From Actinomycetes bacterium (GTDB lineage: Bacteria; Actinomycetota; Thermoleophilia; RBG-16-64-13), in NCBI GenBank assembly GCA_024637035.1, contig JAGXFW010000025.1:11626-75625 (forward strand): 64,000 nucleotides of DNA, given 5' to 3'. Made by a program: the position numbers and the translations under genes. Positions 8,301 to 18,952 of the stretch are shown here, one piece after another. The notes below the pieces were generated by a model that was not told the DNA's origin, did not search any database, and saw only the letters and a list, made by a program, of their open reading frames with translations. Positions within the stretch are counted from its first letter, which is position 1. Each line of letters opens with the position of its first letter.

Positions 8301-10343
8301 CTACATCCCCGTGAAGTCCGCCTTCTTCCCGCTCACGAAAGCGCCGATCCCCTCAACCGCGGCCTTGGTCTCGGCCACCTTGCCGAAGGCCTGGTAGCCG
8401 ATCTCAAGAGCGGCGGGCAGGTCGGGGGCGCCGAGGCCGTCCTTGATGGCCGCCACGATGATGTCGATCACCTCGCGGGAGAGCACCATGCCGTCGGCCG
8501 AGACCGCCTCACCGGCCACCAGGGCTTCGTCGGCCACCAAGCTGAGGTCGGCGGCGGGCAACGGCAGGGTACCGGCGAGGCTGCGGGCGCGCTCGGCCGC
8601 GAGCCGCACGAGCGCCTCGTAATCGGCCTCGACCGCGGACACCATGCCGAGTTCCAAGGCTAGGACAGCCGGGAGCCGGTCGGCGCGAGTGATCATGTCG
8701 GTGAAGATCTTGGCCGCGGCGGGCCACTTGCGGTAGGGCACCACCAGACCACCGATGCCGGGCAGGATTCCGAGCGTGACCTCGGGCATCTGGAAGTAGG
8801 CCTTCGGATGCGCCACGATGTCGTGGCAGCGGGTCGCCAGTTCCATGCCGCCGCCGAGCGCCAGACCGTTCACGGCCGCGACAACCGGCTTGGTCATGGT
8901 ATCGAGGTGTAGGAGGAGGCTCCCTGAGTCGCGTGAGTAGTCCACGGCCGCGGGTCCGTCGCCCAACATCTCGGTGAAGCGTCCGATCTCGGCCCCGGCG
9001 CAGAAGGCGCGGGTGCCGTAGCCTACGATGACGAAACCGGTCACCGAGTCATCAGCCTCGAAGGCGCGGAGTACCGCCAGGATCTCGTTGTTGACATCGT
9101 CGCTAAGCGCGTTCATCTGGGCTGGGCGGCGGATGGTGATCACCACCACGTCGTCCAGACGATCGACTAGTACGAAGCGGTTGAAGGCGGTGGCTGCCTC
9201 ATAATGGTCGAGCAGCTCAGGGCCGGGCAGCCCCGGGCGCTCCGCGGCCAGGCGCTCGAGCACCCGGGAGACTTCGCCCTGGCCGGCCTTCGCCATGAAG
9301 TCGAGCGGGCTCTCCTTGAAGCCGAGGGCCAAGAGGGAGCCCAGGTGCAGGTCCTCGGGCGCACCGATGCCACGGGCGACGATGTCCAGACACTGGCTGA
9401 ACAATATGCCGAGCAGGCGGTCCCGCACAGCTCCGCGGAGTTCGTCGGACACCTCGACAGGCGTGCCGGGCCTATTGACCTCCCAGCGGTCGACGCTGAG
9501 GAGGAGTTCGGTGGGCTTGTAGGCCGGACTCTCCACCATCTGCCGCGTGTTGCACTCGTAGCTGATGGGGTTGCCGTTGGCCATGTTCAACACGAAGAAC
9601 GGCCCGGCGTGCACGAACTCCTCGGCCACCGCGTCCACCTGCTTCGCGGTCACGTCGCCCCGCATCAGGAGGTTGGCGGCGTCGCAGGTCCAGTTGTCGA
9701 AGATACGGTCGAGCATGAAGGCGATGGCGTCGTCGGTGACCAACGGCACCTTGCCGGTGACGGCGAACATCCAGCGCAGATAGTCGACCACTTCACGGTC
9801 GCCACCCTCCCAGGTGATCACTTCGACGGCGGGGTTGCGCCAGGCAGGGGCGAAGAAGTGGGTGATGGCCGTGCGGCCCGGCAACTTCATCTCGTCGAAG
9901 AGCCAGGAGGCGGGGATGGAGCTCGTGTTCGAGCAGATGATGGCGTCAGACGCCACGCGCTCTTCCACCATCGCGAAGATCTTCTTCTTGAGCGGGATGC
10001 TCTCCGTCGCCGCCTCGATCACCAGATCGGCATCGGCCAAGGCGTCGTAGTCGCTGCTGGTCACGACGCCTTCAAGCACCTTGGCGGCCTTCTCCGCGTT
10101 CATCTTCCCGCGCTTGATGCCCTTGTCGATATAGCTCTGAAAGCGGGGTACGACACCGGCGAGGGCTTCCTCGCGGATGTCGATCAGGGTGAGCTTCAGG
10201 CCGGGCACAGCTGTCTTGAAATAGTAGCCGATGTCGGGTCCGATGGTGCCGGCCCCGATGATGGCCACGTGCTTGGGCAGATCGGTGCGCGGCGAACCGA
10301 GCAGTGGGTTGTGGAACCCCGGATACAGTACGTTTTGACTCAT
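8301..10343 (-). CDS. fadB: Bifunctional 3-hydroxyacyl-CoA dehydrogenase / enoyl-CoA hydratase, with dehydrogenase N-terminal and hydratase C-terminal
   Basis: N-terminal NAD-binding GxGxxG (VAIIGAGTIGPDIG, 3HCDH_N). C-terminal crotonase fold (VVITIRRPAQMNAL...FCAGAEI). Confidence 0.85.
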   Translation of the reverse strand: MSQNVLYPGFHNPLLGSPRTDLPKHVAIIGAGTIGPDIGYYFKTAVPGLKLTLIDIREEALAGVVPRFQSYIDKGIKRGKMNAEKAAKVLEGVVTSSDYDALADADLVIEAATESIPLKKKIFAMVEERVASDAIICSNTSSIPASWLFDEMKLPGRTAITHFFAPAWRNPAVEVITWEGGDREVVDYLRWMFAVTGKVPLVTDDAIAFMLDRIFDNWTCDAANLLMRGDVTAKQVDAVAEEFVHAGPFFVLNMANGNPISYECNTRQMVESPAYKPTELLLSVDRWEVNRPGTPVEVSDELRGAVRDRLLGILFSQCLDIVARGIGAPEDLHLGSLLALGFKESPLDFMAKAGQGEVSRVLERLAAERPGLPGPELLDHYEAATAFNRFVLVDRLDDVVVITIRRPAQMNALSDDVNNEILAVLRAFEADDSVTGFVIVGYGTRAFCAGAEIGRFTEMLGDGPAAVDYSRDSGSLLLHLDTMTKPVVAAVNGLALGGGMELATRCHDIVAHPKAYFQMPEVTLGILPGIGGLVVPYRKWPAAAKIFTDMITRADRLPAVLALELGMVSAVEADYEALVRLAAERARSLAGTLPLPAADLSLVADEALVAGEAVSADGMVLSREVIDIIVAAIKDGLGAPDLPAALEIGYQAFGKVAETKAAVEGIGAFVSGKKADFTGM

Positions 10344-10358
10344 CTTCAGCGCACTCCC

Positions 10359-11546
10359 CTATCCGACTTTGATGACGAGGGAGGCACCTGTGTCTCCGGC
10401 GGCGCACCCGGCGAACAGGCCGAGGCCACCGCCCAGGATCGCGAGCTCCTCGATCAGTTCGATGATGCAGCGTCCGGCGGTGGGGCCCTGCGGATGTCCG
10501 TAGACCAAGGGACTACCGTAGTTGTTGAAGCTCATCGGATCGAGGTCCATCTCCTTGGCCATGTACATGTCGTTGACCGCGAAGGGGTTATGCGTCTTGA
10601 TCGCCTTCATATCGCCGAGCGAGAGGCCGGCCTGCTCCAGCGCCATACGGGCCGCGGGCACCGGGGCCGCAGGCATGAAGTACTTCTTCGCCCTGGCATA
10701 TCCGAAGGAGAGCACCTGGACGCTGGGGCCGTCGCCGCCCATCTCGCGCGCCCGCTCCTGAGTGGTGACGATGATCGAGGAGTTCCCATCGGCCGGGTGC
10801 GTCTGCGAACCGTAGGTGAGCACGCCATCAGGCACGACGGGCCTCAGGCCGGCAAGGCCCTCGGCCGTGGTCGGGAAGATGCCCTCATCCGCATCGAGTG
10901 TGATGGTCTTCTTCCGGCTTACCTGGTACTCGACAGGGAACATGTAACGTTTCTGGAAGGCGCGATCGTCGGCCATGCCGTCCATGTACTGCTCGTAGCG
11001 ACGGAGGGCGACGGCGTCGCACTCCTCGCGGGTGATGCCGGCTTCCTTGGCCACTTCCTCCGCGGTGGCCACCATGGCCATGGGCGCCCAGGGGTGTCCC
11101 TCGAAGTTGTCCATGATCCAGTCTTCGACGTCCACCTGGCCACCGGGGCCGTTGGGGTTGGGCCACGTGCTGTGGGGGCCGTTGGACGTGCGGTCGACCA
11201 TCAGGTTGAACACCAGGCCCGCCGTGCCTACTTCAACCGCCATGGCGGCCTGATACACGCAGGTGGTGGAGGTACTGCACGCCTGGCTGATCCACACGCC
11301 GGGCACGTTCTCGGCACCCATGATCGTCGCGGCCAAGGGCCCGCCGAAGAAGACATGGGGTTGCGCCACCGAGCAGCCGAAGTTGACGTAGTCGATCGAG
11401 CCGGGATCCCAGCCCTTGCCGGCCAGCCACCGGGCCGCTGTTGCCCCACCGAGGGGCAGGGAGTGCACTGTCGAGAGACTCCCCTGCCAGCGGGCGAACG
11501 GAGTGCTGTAGTACCCACCGTACGGGATGAACGCCTTCGTGAACAT
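10359..11546 (-). CDS. fadA: Acetyl-CoA C-acyltransferase (thiolase)
   Basis: Thiolase motifs with active-site Cys regions. Start refined to MFTKAF (ATG at 11546) with a GGAAGGTGGAG RBS; the longer track ORF has an unlikely N-terminal extension. Confidence 0.88.
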   Translation of the reverse strand: MFTKAFIPYGGYYSTPFARWQGSLSTVHSLPLGGATAARWLAGKGWDPGSIDYVNFGCSVAQPHVFFGGPLAATIMGAENVPGVWISQACSTSTTCVYQAAMAVEVGTAGLVFNLMVDRTSNGPHSTWPNPNGPGGQVDVEDWIMDNFEGHPWAPMAMVATAEEVAKEAGITREECDAVALRRYEQYMDGMADDRAFQKRYMFPVEYQVSRKKTITLDADEGIFPTTAEGLAGLRPVVPDGVLTYGSQTHPADGNSSIIVTTQERAREMGGDGPSVQVLSFGYARAKKYFMPAAPVPAARMALEQAGLSLGDMKAIKTHNPFAVNDMYMAKEMDLDPMSFNNYGSPLVYGHPQGPTAGRCIIELIEELAILGGGLGLFAGCAAGDTGASLVIKVG

Positions 11547-11896
11547 GAACTCCACCTTCCTATGGGCGTGACTTCGATACTGGACCGTGTCGATTGACAG
11601 CGCGGTACATCGGGGCACGGACGACGGAGCATCGAGACGACTCTCGACGGTCCGCGGCGCCTCAGTGATTATCTGTGCTAACTGGCCGTCCAGTCAAGAG
11701 TGACGCGTCCGCGTCTGGTGGCGAGGTGGTGGTGAGTGCGGCTAGGCGCTAGGTTTGCTGCTTTGCTTCCCACTAATACCCTGGCTAGGTAGTTGCATTC
11801 CCTCGCTTTCGGGTATCATTGGATTGTCAGAAGACCATAAAGTCGGCTGGCCGTGTGGGTAAGCGGCACCGCCATCGAGGCGCTGAGGAGTCAGGG

Positions 11897-12607
11897 ATGG
11901 AGATCACACAAGAAACCAGCGTAGGCCAGATCGCAACCACGATCCCCGCCTCGATCGACGTGTTCGAGCGCTTCGGGGTCGATTTCTGTTGCGGGGGAGA
12001 CAAACCCCTCTCCGAGGCGTTGAGAGGAACCGGCGTCTCCGTGGGCGACCTGCTGGCCGAGATCGAAGCTGCGGTAGCGGCCCTCGCATCCGAGCAGCGC
12101 CTCCACGAAGACTGGTCGGAACGCGATCCCTCCGCGCTCGCCGACCACGTCGAGCGCGCGCACCACACGTATCTCCGGGAGAAGCTCCCGTTCGTGGGTG
12201 AGAAGATGGCCACGGTCCTCCGCGTGCATGGCGAATTGCACCCCGAACTCTTCGAACTCGGGCGCTTGCTGGAGCAACTTCGCAAGGAGATCGAGGCCCA
12301 CCTGGAAACCGAGGAGACCGTCGTGTTCCCCGCCCTGCGCGAGATCGTCGAATCCGGCGCCTCGGGCACGAAGGGCGCGGCACTCGAGGACTCCCTGCAG
12401 ATGCTGGAGACGGAGCACGATGAGGTCGGCCGCCTCCTGAAGGGCATGCGGGGCATCACATCGAACTACCACCCGCCGGCCGGGGCCTGCGCCACGTACT
12501 CGGTGCTCTTCCGAGAACTGCAGGCGCTTGAGGCCGACATCCATAGGCACGTGCATCTGGAGAACAACATCATGTTCGCCGCGGCCCGGAAGCTGATCCG
12601 GTCGTAG
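11897..12607 (+). CDS. ric: Iron-sulfur cluster repair di-iron protein (RIC/YtfE/ScdA family)
   Basis: ScdA_N motif (FGVDFCCGG) plus a hemerythrin-like His/Glu-rich C-terminal domain. Start refined to MEITQET (ATG at 11897, GGAG upstream). Confidence 0.8.
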   Translation: MEITQETSVGQIATTIPASIDVFERFGVDFCCGGDKPLSEALRGTGVSVGDLLAEIEAAVAALASEQRLHEDWSERDPSALADHVERAHHTYLREKLPFVGEKMATVLRVHGELHPELFELGRLLEQLRKEIEAHLETEETVVFPALREIVESGASGTKGAALEDSLQMLETEHDEVGRLLKGMRGITSNYHPPAGACATYSVLFRELQALEADIHRHVHLENNIMFAAARKLIRS

Positions 12608-12685
12608 GTCGCACCCTGGGGCGGCGCTCGGGTGAACCGAGGCGCCGCTGATTGCGCTCGCGGCGCCTCGGTGGCTGGACTTTAG

Positions 12686-13861
12686 CTAGATGTGCGGCAG
12701 TACTCCGTCCCAGGCGCACATGTAGATGTGCTTCATGTCTTCCAGGGTCGGCTGGCGCTTGTTGTCACCGGTGCACGCGTCTTCCAACGCGTTCTTGGCG
12801 ATCAGATCGACCGATGCCATGAACTCGTCTTCAGGGATACCGAGGTCCTTGATCCTGGTCGGCATCCCCAAGGCCCTAGCCAGATCGAAGATCTTGTCGA
12901 TCAATCCAGAGACCAACTGGTCCACGCTGACGCCCCGCACCCCAAGAGCAAGGGCCACGTCGGCGTAGCGCGAACTCGAAACCGCCGCGTTGTAGGCGAC
13001 GACGTATGGCATGAGCGCCGCGTTGGCTCTGCCATGCGGAACCCCCCACACAGACCCCAGTTGATGGGCAAGCGAATGGTTGATGCCGAGCCCACAGTTG
13101 TTGAACGACTGCCCGGCCACGGCTGCCGCGTAGTGCATCTTCTCCCTCGCGGTGGCGTCGCTGCCATGTTCCACAGCCCTGGGTAGCCACTCGAATGCCA
13201 GTTGAAGGGCTTTGATCGCCGGTCCGTCAGAGAAGTCGTTGGCCGCCGCAGCCGCGTAGGCCTCGAGAGCATGCACGATGACATCCATCCCGGTGTTGGC
13301 GGTCACGTCGGGGGGCACTGTCAAGCAGAGCTCCGGATCGACGATCGCCATGTCGGGCACGAGTTCGTAAGAGTCGATGGACTTCTTGACCGCCGGAGTC
13401 GCCTCCGTGTCGGTGATCACGGCGCCGATGCCCACTTCGGTGCCGGTTCCGCTCGTGGACGGGATCGCGATGAAACGCGCCTTCGCTCGAAGCGGCGGGA
13501 TGGAGAAGGGAACAGACGCCACTTCCCACGTCATGTCGGGCAGTTCGTAGAACACCCACATGGCCTTGCCGGCATCGATGGAAGACCCGCCGCCCAGGCC
13601 CACGACGAGATCGGGCTGGAATTCCCTCATCATCTCCACACCCCGACCGACGGTGATCCGCGACGGATCGGGCTCGGCCTCAGCGAACACCGCCACCTCG
13701 GTGCCGTTCGCCTCCAAGAAGCTCTTCACGCGATCTACCCAGCCGAGCTTCAGCATCACCGCGTCGCTCACTATCATGGCACGGGCCGCCGGAAGCTCCG
13801 TCACCCGGGAGATCGCTCCGGCCCCATAGAACACATTACGCGGTACCGTGAACTGCATCAT
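12686..13861 (-). CDS. Iron-containing alcohol dehydrogenase
   Basis: Fe-ADH family fold: GGGSSIDAGKA nucleotide loop and a conserved His cluster (HALEAY...HSLAHQLG). Confidence 0.85.
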   Translation of the reverse strand: MMQFTVPRNVFYGAGAISRVTELPAARAMIVSDAVMLKLGWVDRVKSFLEANGTEVAVFAEAEPDPSRITVGRGVEMMREFQPDLVVGLGGGSSIDAGKAMWVFYELPDMTWEVASVPFSIPPLRAKARFIAIPSTSGTGTEVGIGAVITDTEATPAVKKSIDSYELVPDMAIVDPELCLTVPPDVTANTGMDVIVHALEAYAAAAANDFSDGPAIKALQLAFEWLPRAVEHGSDATAREKMHYAAAVAGQSFNNCGLGINHSLAHQLGSVWGVPHGRANAALMPYVVAYNAAVSSSRYADVALALGVRGVSVDQLVSGLIDKIFDLARALGMPTRIKDLGIPEDEFMASVDLIAKNALEDACTGDNKRQPTLEDMKHIYMCAWDGVLPHI

Positions 13862-13883
13862 CTCCGAACTCCTCCTCTACCGG

Positions 13884-14591
13884 TCAGACTCCCAGGAACA
13901 CCTTCTGGATCTCACTGTCGGCTTCGAGTTCCTCAGCTAGGCCCGATTTCACGATGCGTCCTTCACGCATGAGGTAGACCCTGTGGGCTACCTCGAAACT
14001 CACCTTCACGTTCTGCTCGATAAGACAGACGGCTATGTCGCCGCGCTCCCCGATCTCCTTGAGAGCCTCGATCAGGTTCTTCCTGATGATAGGCGCCAAG
14101 CCTAGAGTCGGCTCGTCCAAGAAGAGCAGCTTCGGACTTGCCATCAAGGCTCTGCCGATGGCTACCATCTGTGCTTCTCCGCCACTCAACGTACCGGCTT
14201 GCTGGTTGACCCTGTCTCGTAGGACCGGGAAGAGATCGAACACCTGGTCGATCGAAACCGTTCCGTCCTTCGGCGCGTTGTACGCTCCAAGCAGCAGATT
14301 GTCCTTCACGCTCATGAAGTCGAAGAGGTACCGTCGCTCCGGGCACTGGACCAGCCCGGTCTGCACGAGCCGCCGGTTCGATAGGCCTCGGATGCTCTGC
14401 CCGGCGAACAGCACCTCGCCGGCCCACTCGACGAGACCGGTCACGGCATTCACAAAGGTGCTCTTACCGGCGCCGTTGGGCCCAACGATCGCTATGCACT
14501 TCTCGTCTTGGTCAATATGGAGGCTGATACCCTTGACCGCCTCGATATTGCCGTACTTCACCTGTAGATCCTGGACCTCGAATAGACGCAT
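13884..14591 (-). CDS. livF: Branched-chain amino acid ABC transporter ATP-binding protein LivF
   Basis: Walker A (GPNGAGKST), signature LSGGE and Walker B, with the LivF-type C-terminus. Confidence 0.9.
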   Translation of the reverse strand: MRLFEVQDLQVKYGNIEAVKGISLHIDQDEKCIAIVGPNGAGKSTFVNAVTGLVEWAGEVLFAGQSIRGLSNRRLVQTGLVQCPERRYLFDFMSVKDNLLLGAYNAPKDGTVSIDQVFDLFPVLRDRVNQQAGTLSGGEAQMVAIGRALMASPKLLFLDEPTLGLAPIIRKNLIEALKEIGERGDIAVCLIEQNVKVSFEVAHRVYLMREGRIVKSGLAEELEADSEIQKVFLGV

Positions 14592-14597
14592 ATCAGC

Positions 14598-15296
14598 TCA
14601 TCCCATGTACGCGTCAACGACATCTTGATTGCTGAACAGCTCTTCGAACGTGCCTTCCGCTATGACGACGCCGCGGTCGATCACCGTTGTGACGTGCGCG
14701 ACCCTCTCGACCAGAGCGAGGTTGTGATCGACGACCAGCACGGTCAGCTGCCTCTCTTCCGCGATCTTCCTAATGATCTCGATTACTTCCATTCCCTCTT
14801 CGAAAGACAGCCCGGCAAAGCACTCGTCGAGCATGATGAACGACGGCCTGGTAGAAAGGGCCTTGGCGATCTCAAGCTTCTTCGCGCCCAACGCCGAGAG
14901 GACATCGGGGTTCTCATCCATCTCCCCTTCCAAGCCGACGGTCTCAGCTATCAGCATCACGTCGGTGGCCGGAAAGCCGTTCACCATGATCCCGAGTTCG
15001 ATGTGCCTCCGGATGGAAAGCTCGGGCACGTACAGAGCGGTCTGATGCGTCGCGTTCAGACCCTTTCTGACTCTATCCCAGATATGCATGCGCGAGATAT
15101 CTTCGCCCCGGAACCAGATGCTGCCACTGTCCGGTCGGTGGACGCCCATGATGGTGGTGATCAACGTGGACTTGCCGGCGCCGTTGGGCCCGATCAGCCC
15201 ACGCACCTCGCCCTGCTCTATGTTCAGGGTGACGCCTCCGAGCGCTATCACGCCCGGAAACACCTTCCCGACATCCCTTACTTCCAGAACAGGCAT
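14598..15296 (-). CDS. livG: Branched-chain amino acid ABC transporter ATP-binding protein LivG
   Basis: Walker A (GPNGAGKSTL). Start refined to MPVLEV at 15296; the longer track ORF would overlap livM. Confidence 0.85.
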   Translation of the reverse strand: MPVLEVRDVGKVFPGVIALGGVTLNIEQGEVRGLIGPNGAGKSTLITTIMGVHRPDSGSIWFRGEDISRMHIWDRVRKGLNATHQTALYVPELSIRRHIELGIMVNGFPATDVMLIAETVGLEGEMDENPDVLSALGAKKLEIAKALSTRPSFIMLDECFAGLSFEEGMEVIEIIRKIAEERQLTVLVVDHNLALVERVAHVTTVIDRGVVIAEGTFEELFSNQDVVDAYMG

Positions 15297-15336
15297 TACC
15301 CAGCCTCTTTGATCGATGATGTGCTTCGCGAGACCT

Positions 15337-16281
15337 CTACTGAACCGACTTCCTTCCAGGCACCACGCGCCGTATGGCAACCTCTAGGATCGAGATGAGT
15401 CCCTTGGGCCACAGGAAGTAGATCGCGAATCCCAGGCCATAGATGATCAGGAACTCGATGTGCGAGCTGACTACCGGCTTGAGCAGGAAACCCGCAAACA
15501 CAACGAAGTAGGCTCCAACGATGGACCCGTAGAGGCTGAATCGGCCACCGATTATCGCGATGACCACGATTCGGATCATGAAGGCGAGCTCGAACGTGTT
15601 GGAGACGACAGCTGCTCCACTGTAGTGCACGTACAGCGCCCCGCCGGTGCTTGCCAGGAGACCGCTCAACAGGAGCAGGCGCCCCGTGTAGCGGTGCGGG
15701 TCTGCGCCGGCGGTCCTCACAATGTCCTGGCTTTCCCTCGCGAAATCGACGATCTTCCCGGAATTCGAACTCAGGAACCTCGAGTAGCCATATCCGAACA
15801 AACACAGAAGGGCCGCGATCCCGATCGCGAAGCCCAATGTGGAGAAGATGCCGTCAAGAGGCGAGAGGCCGAGATCGCCATTGGTGAGGGGCCGAGCGTA
15901 ACCGGATAGCACCAAGTTGGTGAGGGCTATGATCGACAAGAAGCTGACCATCTCGAAGCTCAACCCCGAGACGCGCTTGTGGATCGGGTTCAAGTAGAGC
16001 CAGCCCAAGAGCGTACCGACGATAGACCCGATCACTATGCTGACGGGCATCGGCCAATCCAGGTGGTAGTTGAGAATGGCGCTCGTGTAGCCGCCCATTC
16101 CGATGAAGATCACGTGCCCCAGGTTCAGATAGCCGCTGTAGCTGGTGAAGAAGCTCCAGCTCATGGCGAAGATCGCAAAGAAGGTGGCTGAGATCACGAA
16201 CGATATGTCTGCCCGGAACAAGACAGCCGCAAGGGTCAAAGCCACGAACGTCGCTGCCCATCTCACAGAGTCTCTCGACAC
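15337..16281 (-). CDS. livM: Branched-chain amino acid ABC transporter permease LivM
   Basis: 314-aa polytopic permease with the LivM-type hydrophobic profile, sitting in the livKHMGF order. Confidence 0.85.
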   Translation of the reverse strand: MSRDSVRWAATFVALTLAAVLFRADISFVISATFFAIFAMSWSFFTSYSGYLNLGHVIFIGMGGYTSAILNYHLDWPMPVSIVIGSIVGTLLGWLYLNPIHKRVSGLSFEMVSFLSIIALTNLVLSGYARPLTNGDLGLSPLDGIFSTLGFAIGIAALLCLFGYGYSRFLSSNSGKIVDFARESQDIVRTAGADPHRYTGRLLLLSGLLASTGGALYVHYSGAAVVSNTFELAFMIRIVVIAIIGGRFSLYGSIVGAYFVVFAGFLLKPVVSSHIEFLIIYGLGFAIYFLWPKGLISILEVAIRRVVPGRKSVQ

Positions 16282-16315
16282 TAGATCCAGTCCTCCTACT
16301 TCGCAGGCAAAGCCC

Positions 16316-17173
16316 CTAGCCTATCCGCTTGCCTGCGAGGCCCCTTGGTCGGAATATCAAGATCGCAATCGCCAAGCTCAAGATCACGAACGCTCGGATA
16401 CGCGGATCGATGAACGTGACCACCGCGACTTCGAGCCAGCCCACAAGCACCGTCGCGATCATGATGCCGTTGATGCTGCCCAATCCTCCTACCGTGGTGA
16501 TGGTGAACATGATCACCAAGGGGTAGGCCCACATATGCACGCTCACGCCCAGATAGCCGCCGTAGAAGTAGGCCCCTAGGGCAAGCAGTACGCCGCCGAC
16601 GCCGTACACGATCGCCTGGATCCTGACCACGTCCAGACCTATGACCTGGCTGCCCCGCACGCTCTGAGGTATTCCTATGACCGCTCTGCCGATGTTGGTG
16701 TTGTGAGAGATGTATCTCAATCCGAAGAGGGCGATCCAGCCAACGGCACCACCAAGAAGCAGCTGCTGTCTGATCTCCACATCGAAGATATTCACGTTAC
16801 CTGAGAGTAACGGAGCTATTTTGAACGTGTATCCGGATGAGAAGAACTTGGCCATCAGGCTCTCTACACCAAGAGCTAGAAGGATCGTAGCGAAGAAGAC
16901 ACGGTAGGGGTTGTCGCGCTGCGGACGGATGAATAGAAGATAGTGGGCGACGCACAAGAGACCCAGGCCCGGTGCGACAATCAGCATGGTCCCATTTCCA
17001 AGGTATGGGCTGAGCTCGACGATCATGAACGCTCCCACCATGAAATAGGCCGGAAGAGCAATGTCGAAGAATCCGCCTAACCCGCACACCAAAGAGAATC
17101 CAACCGTCATTATCCCGTAGAGAGAAGCGAATATCAGACCGTATATGATTACGTATACTACGTTCTCAAACAT
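16316..17173 (-). CDS. livH: Branched-chain amino acid ABC transporter permease LivH
   Basis: Polytopic permease. Start refined to MFENVVYV (17173). Confidence 0.85.
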   Translation of the reverse strand: MFENVVYVIIYGLIFASLYGIMTVGFSLVCGLGGFFDIALPAYFMVGAFMIVELSPYLGNGTMLIVAPGLGLLCVAHYLLFIRPQRDNPYRVFFATILLALGVESLMAKFFSSGYTFKIAPLLSGNVNIFDVEIRQQLLLGGAVGWIALFGLRYISHNTNIGRAVIGIPQSVRGSQVIGLDVVRIQAIVYGVGGVLLALGAYFYGGYLGVSVHMWAYPLVIMFTITTVGGLGSINGIMIATVLVGWLEVAVVTFIDPRIRAFVILSLAIAILIFRPRGLAGKRIG

Positions 17174-17351
17174 ACGAACGGTCTCCCGCCAAGCAAGAAG
17201 GGGAGGGTGTGCCTCGCGGCCGGAGAAAGGTGGCCCCACGCGTCGCGCGAACCACGTCCGCGGCCAGTGGAGGGGGCGCCCAGACGGAGCGCCCCCCCAA
17301 GAGGTCAGCCAACCGGAACATCAAATACGGGTTCGCGTGTCGTCAGCCAGC

Positions 17352-18827
17352 TTAGGCGTTCGGTGACTCTGGGAAGAACGGCGGGAGTTGATACTCGCCA
17401 CCGGCCAGAGCGGGTGGCCAGATCGTCACGAGACGGCCGTAGTCGTCAGGCGTGCCGGGAAGCACGAAGCTGTCCGCCGGAGCGATCTCTTTCGGCTGCC
17501 ATTGAGTCATCGGATTGAGCGTCGAACTCATCCAAAGCCCTTCCCCACGTGTGGGATCGGCCTTCGCCCGCTCGGCCTCGTCGATAGGCATGGCCCACGT
17601 GTGGGGCCAAATCCCCTCGCCCGGACCGTAGAATCCGCCGGCGACTGGGGCGTCTGGGTAGTAGGTCATCTCGAGTTCCTTTATGACCGCGTCAGTCTCG
17701 ATGGTGCCCGCCCGCTCCACAGCTTCCTGGTATGCCTTGATCCCACGCCACGTGCACTCGCCCAGCCACATGGGCGTCCTCGGGTCGTCGGAGTACGTTG
17801 TGAACCATTCGGTGAGGAAATCGCGCCACTCGGGGCTGTGCTTTTCGAGGCTTCCCCAAGTCGAGGTGGTAGCCATCGGGCCCCAGGCGCCGTTGCTTCT
17901 CTCCCAATACCCATAGTCGTTCAGGATGCCGTTGTGGCCGAACATGGCGATCGGCACCTTGGAGTCCCAGGCTTGGTTCGCCAACTTCTCCCCGAAGACC
18001 GAGATCATGGTCCAGATCATCTGCGCGCCGGCCTTCTCCGCATTTCTGAAATAGGGCGTCAGATCTTCGACATCCAGCGGCACTACGTCGATGCCTACGA
18101 TCTCGAAGCCCTTCTGTGGAGCCGAATCCTTGAAGTACTGTTCGATCCCTTCCGTCCACACCATGTCTTCTCTGATCATGTACGCCTTGTTCCAGCCGAA
18201 CTTCTCTTTCAGCATGATGGCCGGTTCCTCGACGCAGTAGTACAGACCGTCATCGATGGCGGTGAACATGAAGTAACCCTTGAACTTCTCGTAGTCATCC
18301 CGGACGTTGACCATGTGGCCTTGGGTGGACGCGAACATAGAGAGATACAACACGTCGGGATTCTGGCCGATCCTGCTGAGGAGTGCCGATTCGACGTTGT
18401 CGTCGGAACCGCTCAGGATGACGTGGACCCCCTCCTTGAGCAGCGTCTCGTAGGCGGTTATCGCCTGCGCGGTCTCCCAATGGTCGTCGATCGGGCCAAC
18501 GATCTCGATCTGCTTGCCGATGATCCCGCCGGCGGCATTGATCTTCTTGATCATCATCTCGGCCGGCCTCAGCACGTTCATGCCCGTGGGGTCTGCCATC
18601 GGGCCCATGATGCCGATCTTGATGACGTCGCCAGACGCGCCGGTGGTGCCGCTGGATCCTCCATCACCGCAACCAGCCAGGAGCCCGCCCACGCCGGTTC
18701 CAAGACCGATGGCGGCGCCAGCTACGCCCGCCGTCTTGAGGAACTGGCGGCGGCTCAGAGGCCTACCGCCGAGAAGTCGCTTGCTCAGATCAGAATCGAG
18801 GTCGGGTTTCTTCTCGCCGCTCCGCAT
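17352..18827 (-). CDS. livK: ABC transporter substrate-binding lipoprotein (LivK family, with a long C-terminal extension)
   Basis: Tat-like signal (SRRQFLKTAGVAGAAIG), lipobox (LAGCGDGG) and a periplasmic binding protein type I fold. Start refined to MRSGEKK with an AGGAGGG RBS. Confidence 0.8.
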   Translation of the reverse strand: MRSGEKKPDLDSDLSKRLLGGRPLSRRQFLKTAGVAGAAIGLGTGVGGLLAGCGDGGSSGTTGASGDVIKIGIMGPMADPTGMNVLRPAEMMIKKINAAGGIIGKQIEIVGPIDDHWETAQAITAYETLLKEGVHVILSGSDDNVESALLSRIGQNPDVLYLSMFASTQGHMVNVRDDYEKFKGYFMFTAIDDGLYYCVEEPAIMLKEKFGWNKAYMIREDMVWTEGIEQYFKDSAPQKGFEIVGIDVVPLDVEDLTPYFRNAEKAGAQMIWTMISVFGEKLANQAWDSKVPIAMFGHNGILNDYGYWERSNGAWGPMATTSTWGSLEKHSPEWRDFLTEWFTTYSDDPRTPMWLGECTWRGIKAYQEAVERAGTIETDAVIKELEMTYYPDAPVAGGFYGPGEGIWPHTWAMPIDEAERAKADPTRGEGLWMSSTLNPMTQWQPKEIAPADSFVLPGTPDDYGRLVTIWPPALAGGEYQLPPFFPESPNA

Positions 18828-18952
18828 CACTACCCTCCTGATTTCGGTGCCTCCGCATGGCGCACGGGGAGCCACAATCGTATCAACGGCTCGTATGGCC
18901 GGTCAACACGCCATCAGCCTCTCGCGGCCGCTGGCATCCGAAGCGGTGCCCC

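Noticed and set aside
11547-11896. NsrR/Rrf2-type operator in the relatively AT-richer divergent region between the thiolase gene and ric
   Set aside because: Given ric is often NsrR-controlled it is plausible, but I could not identify a defined palindrome matching a known NsrR consensus with confidence.
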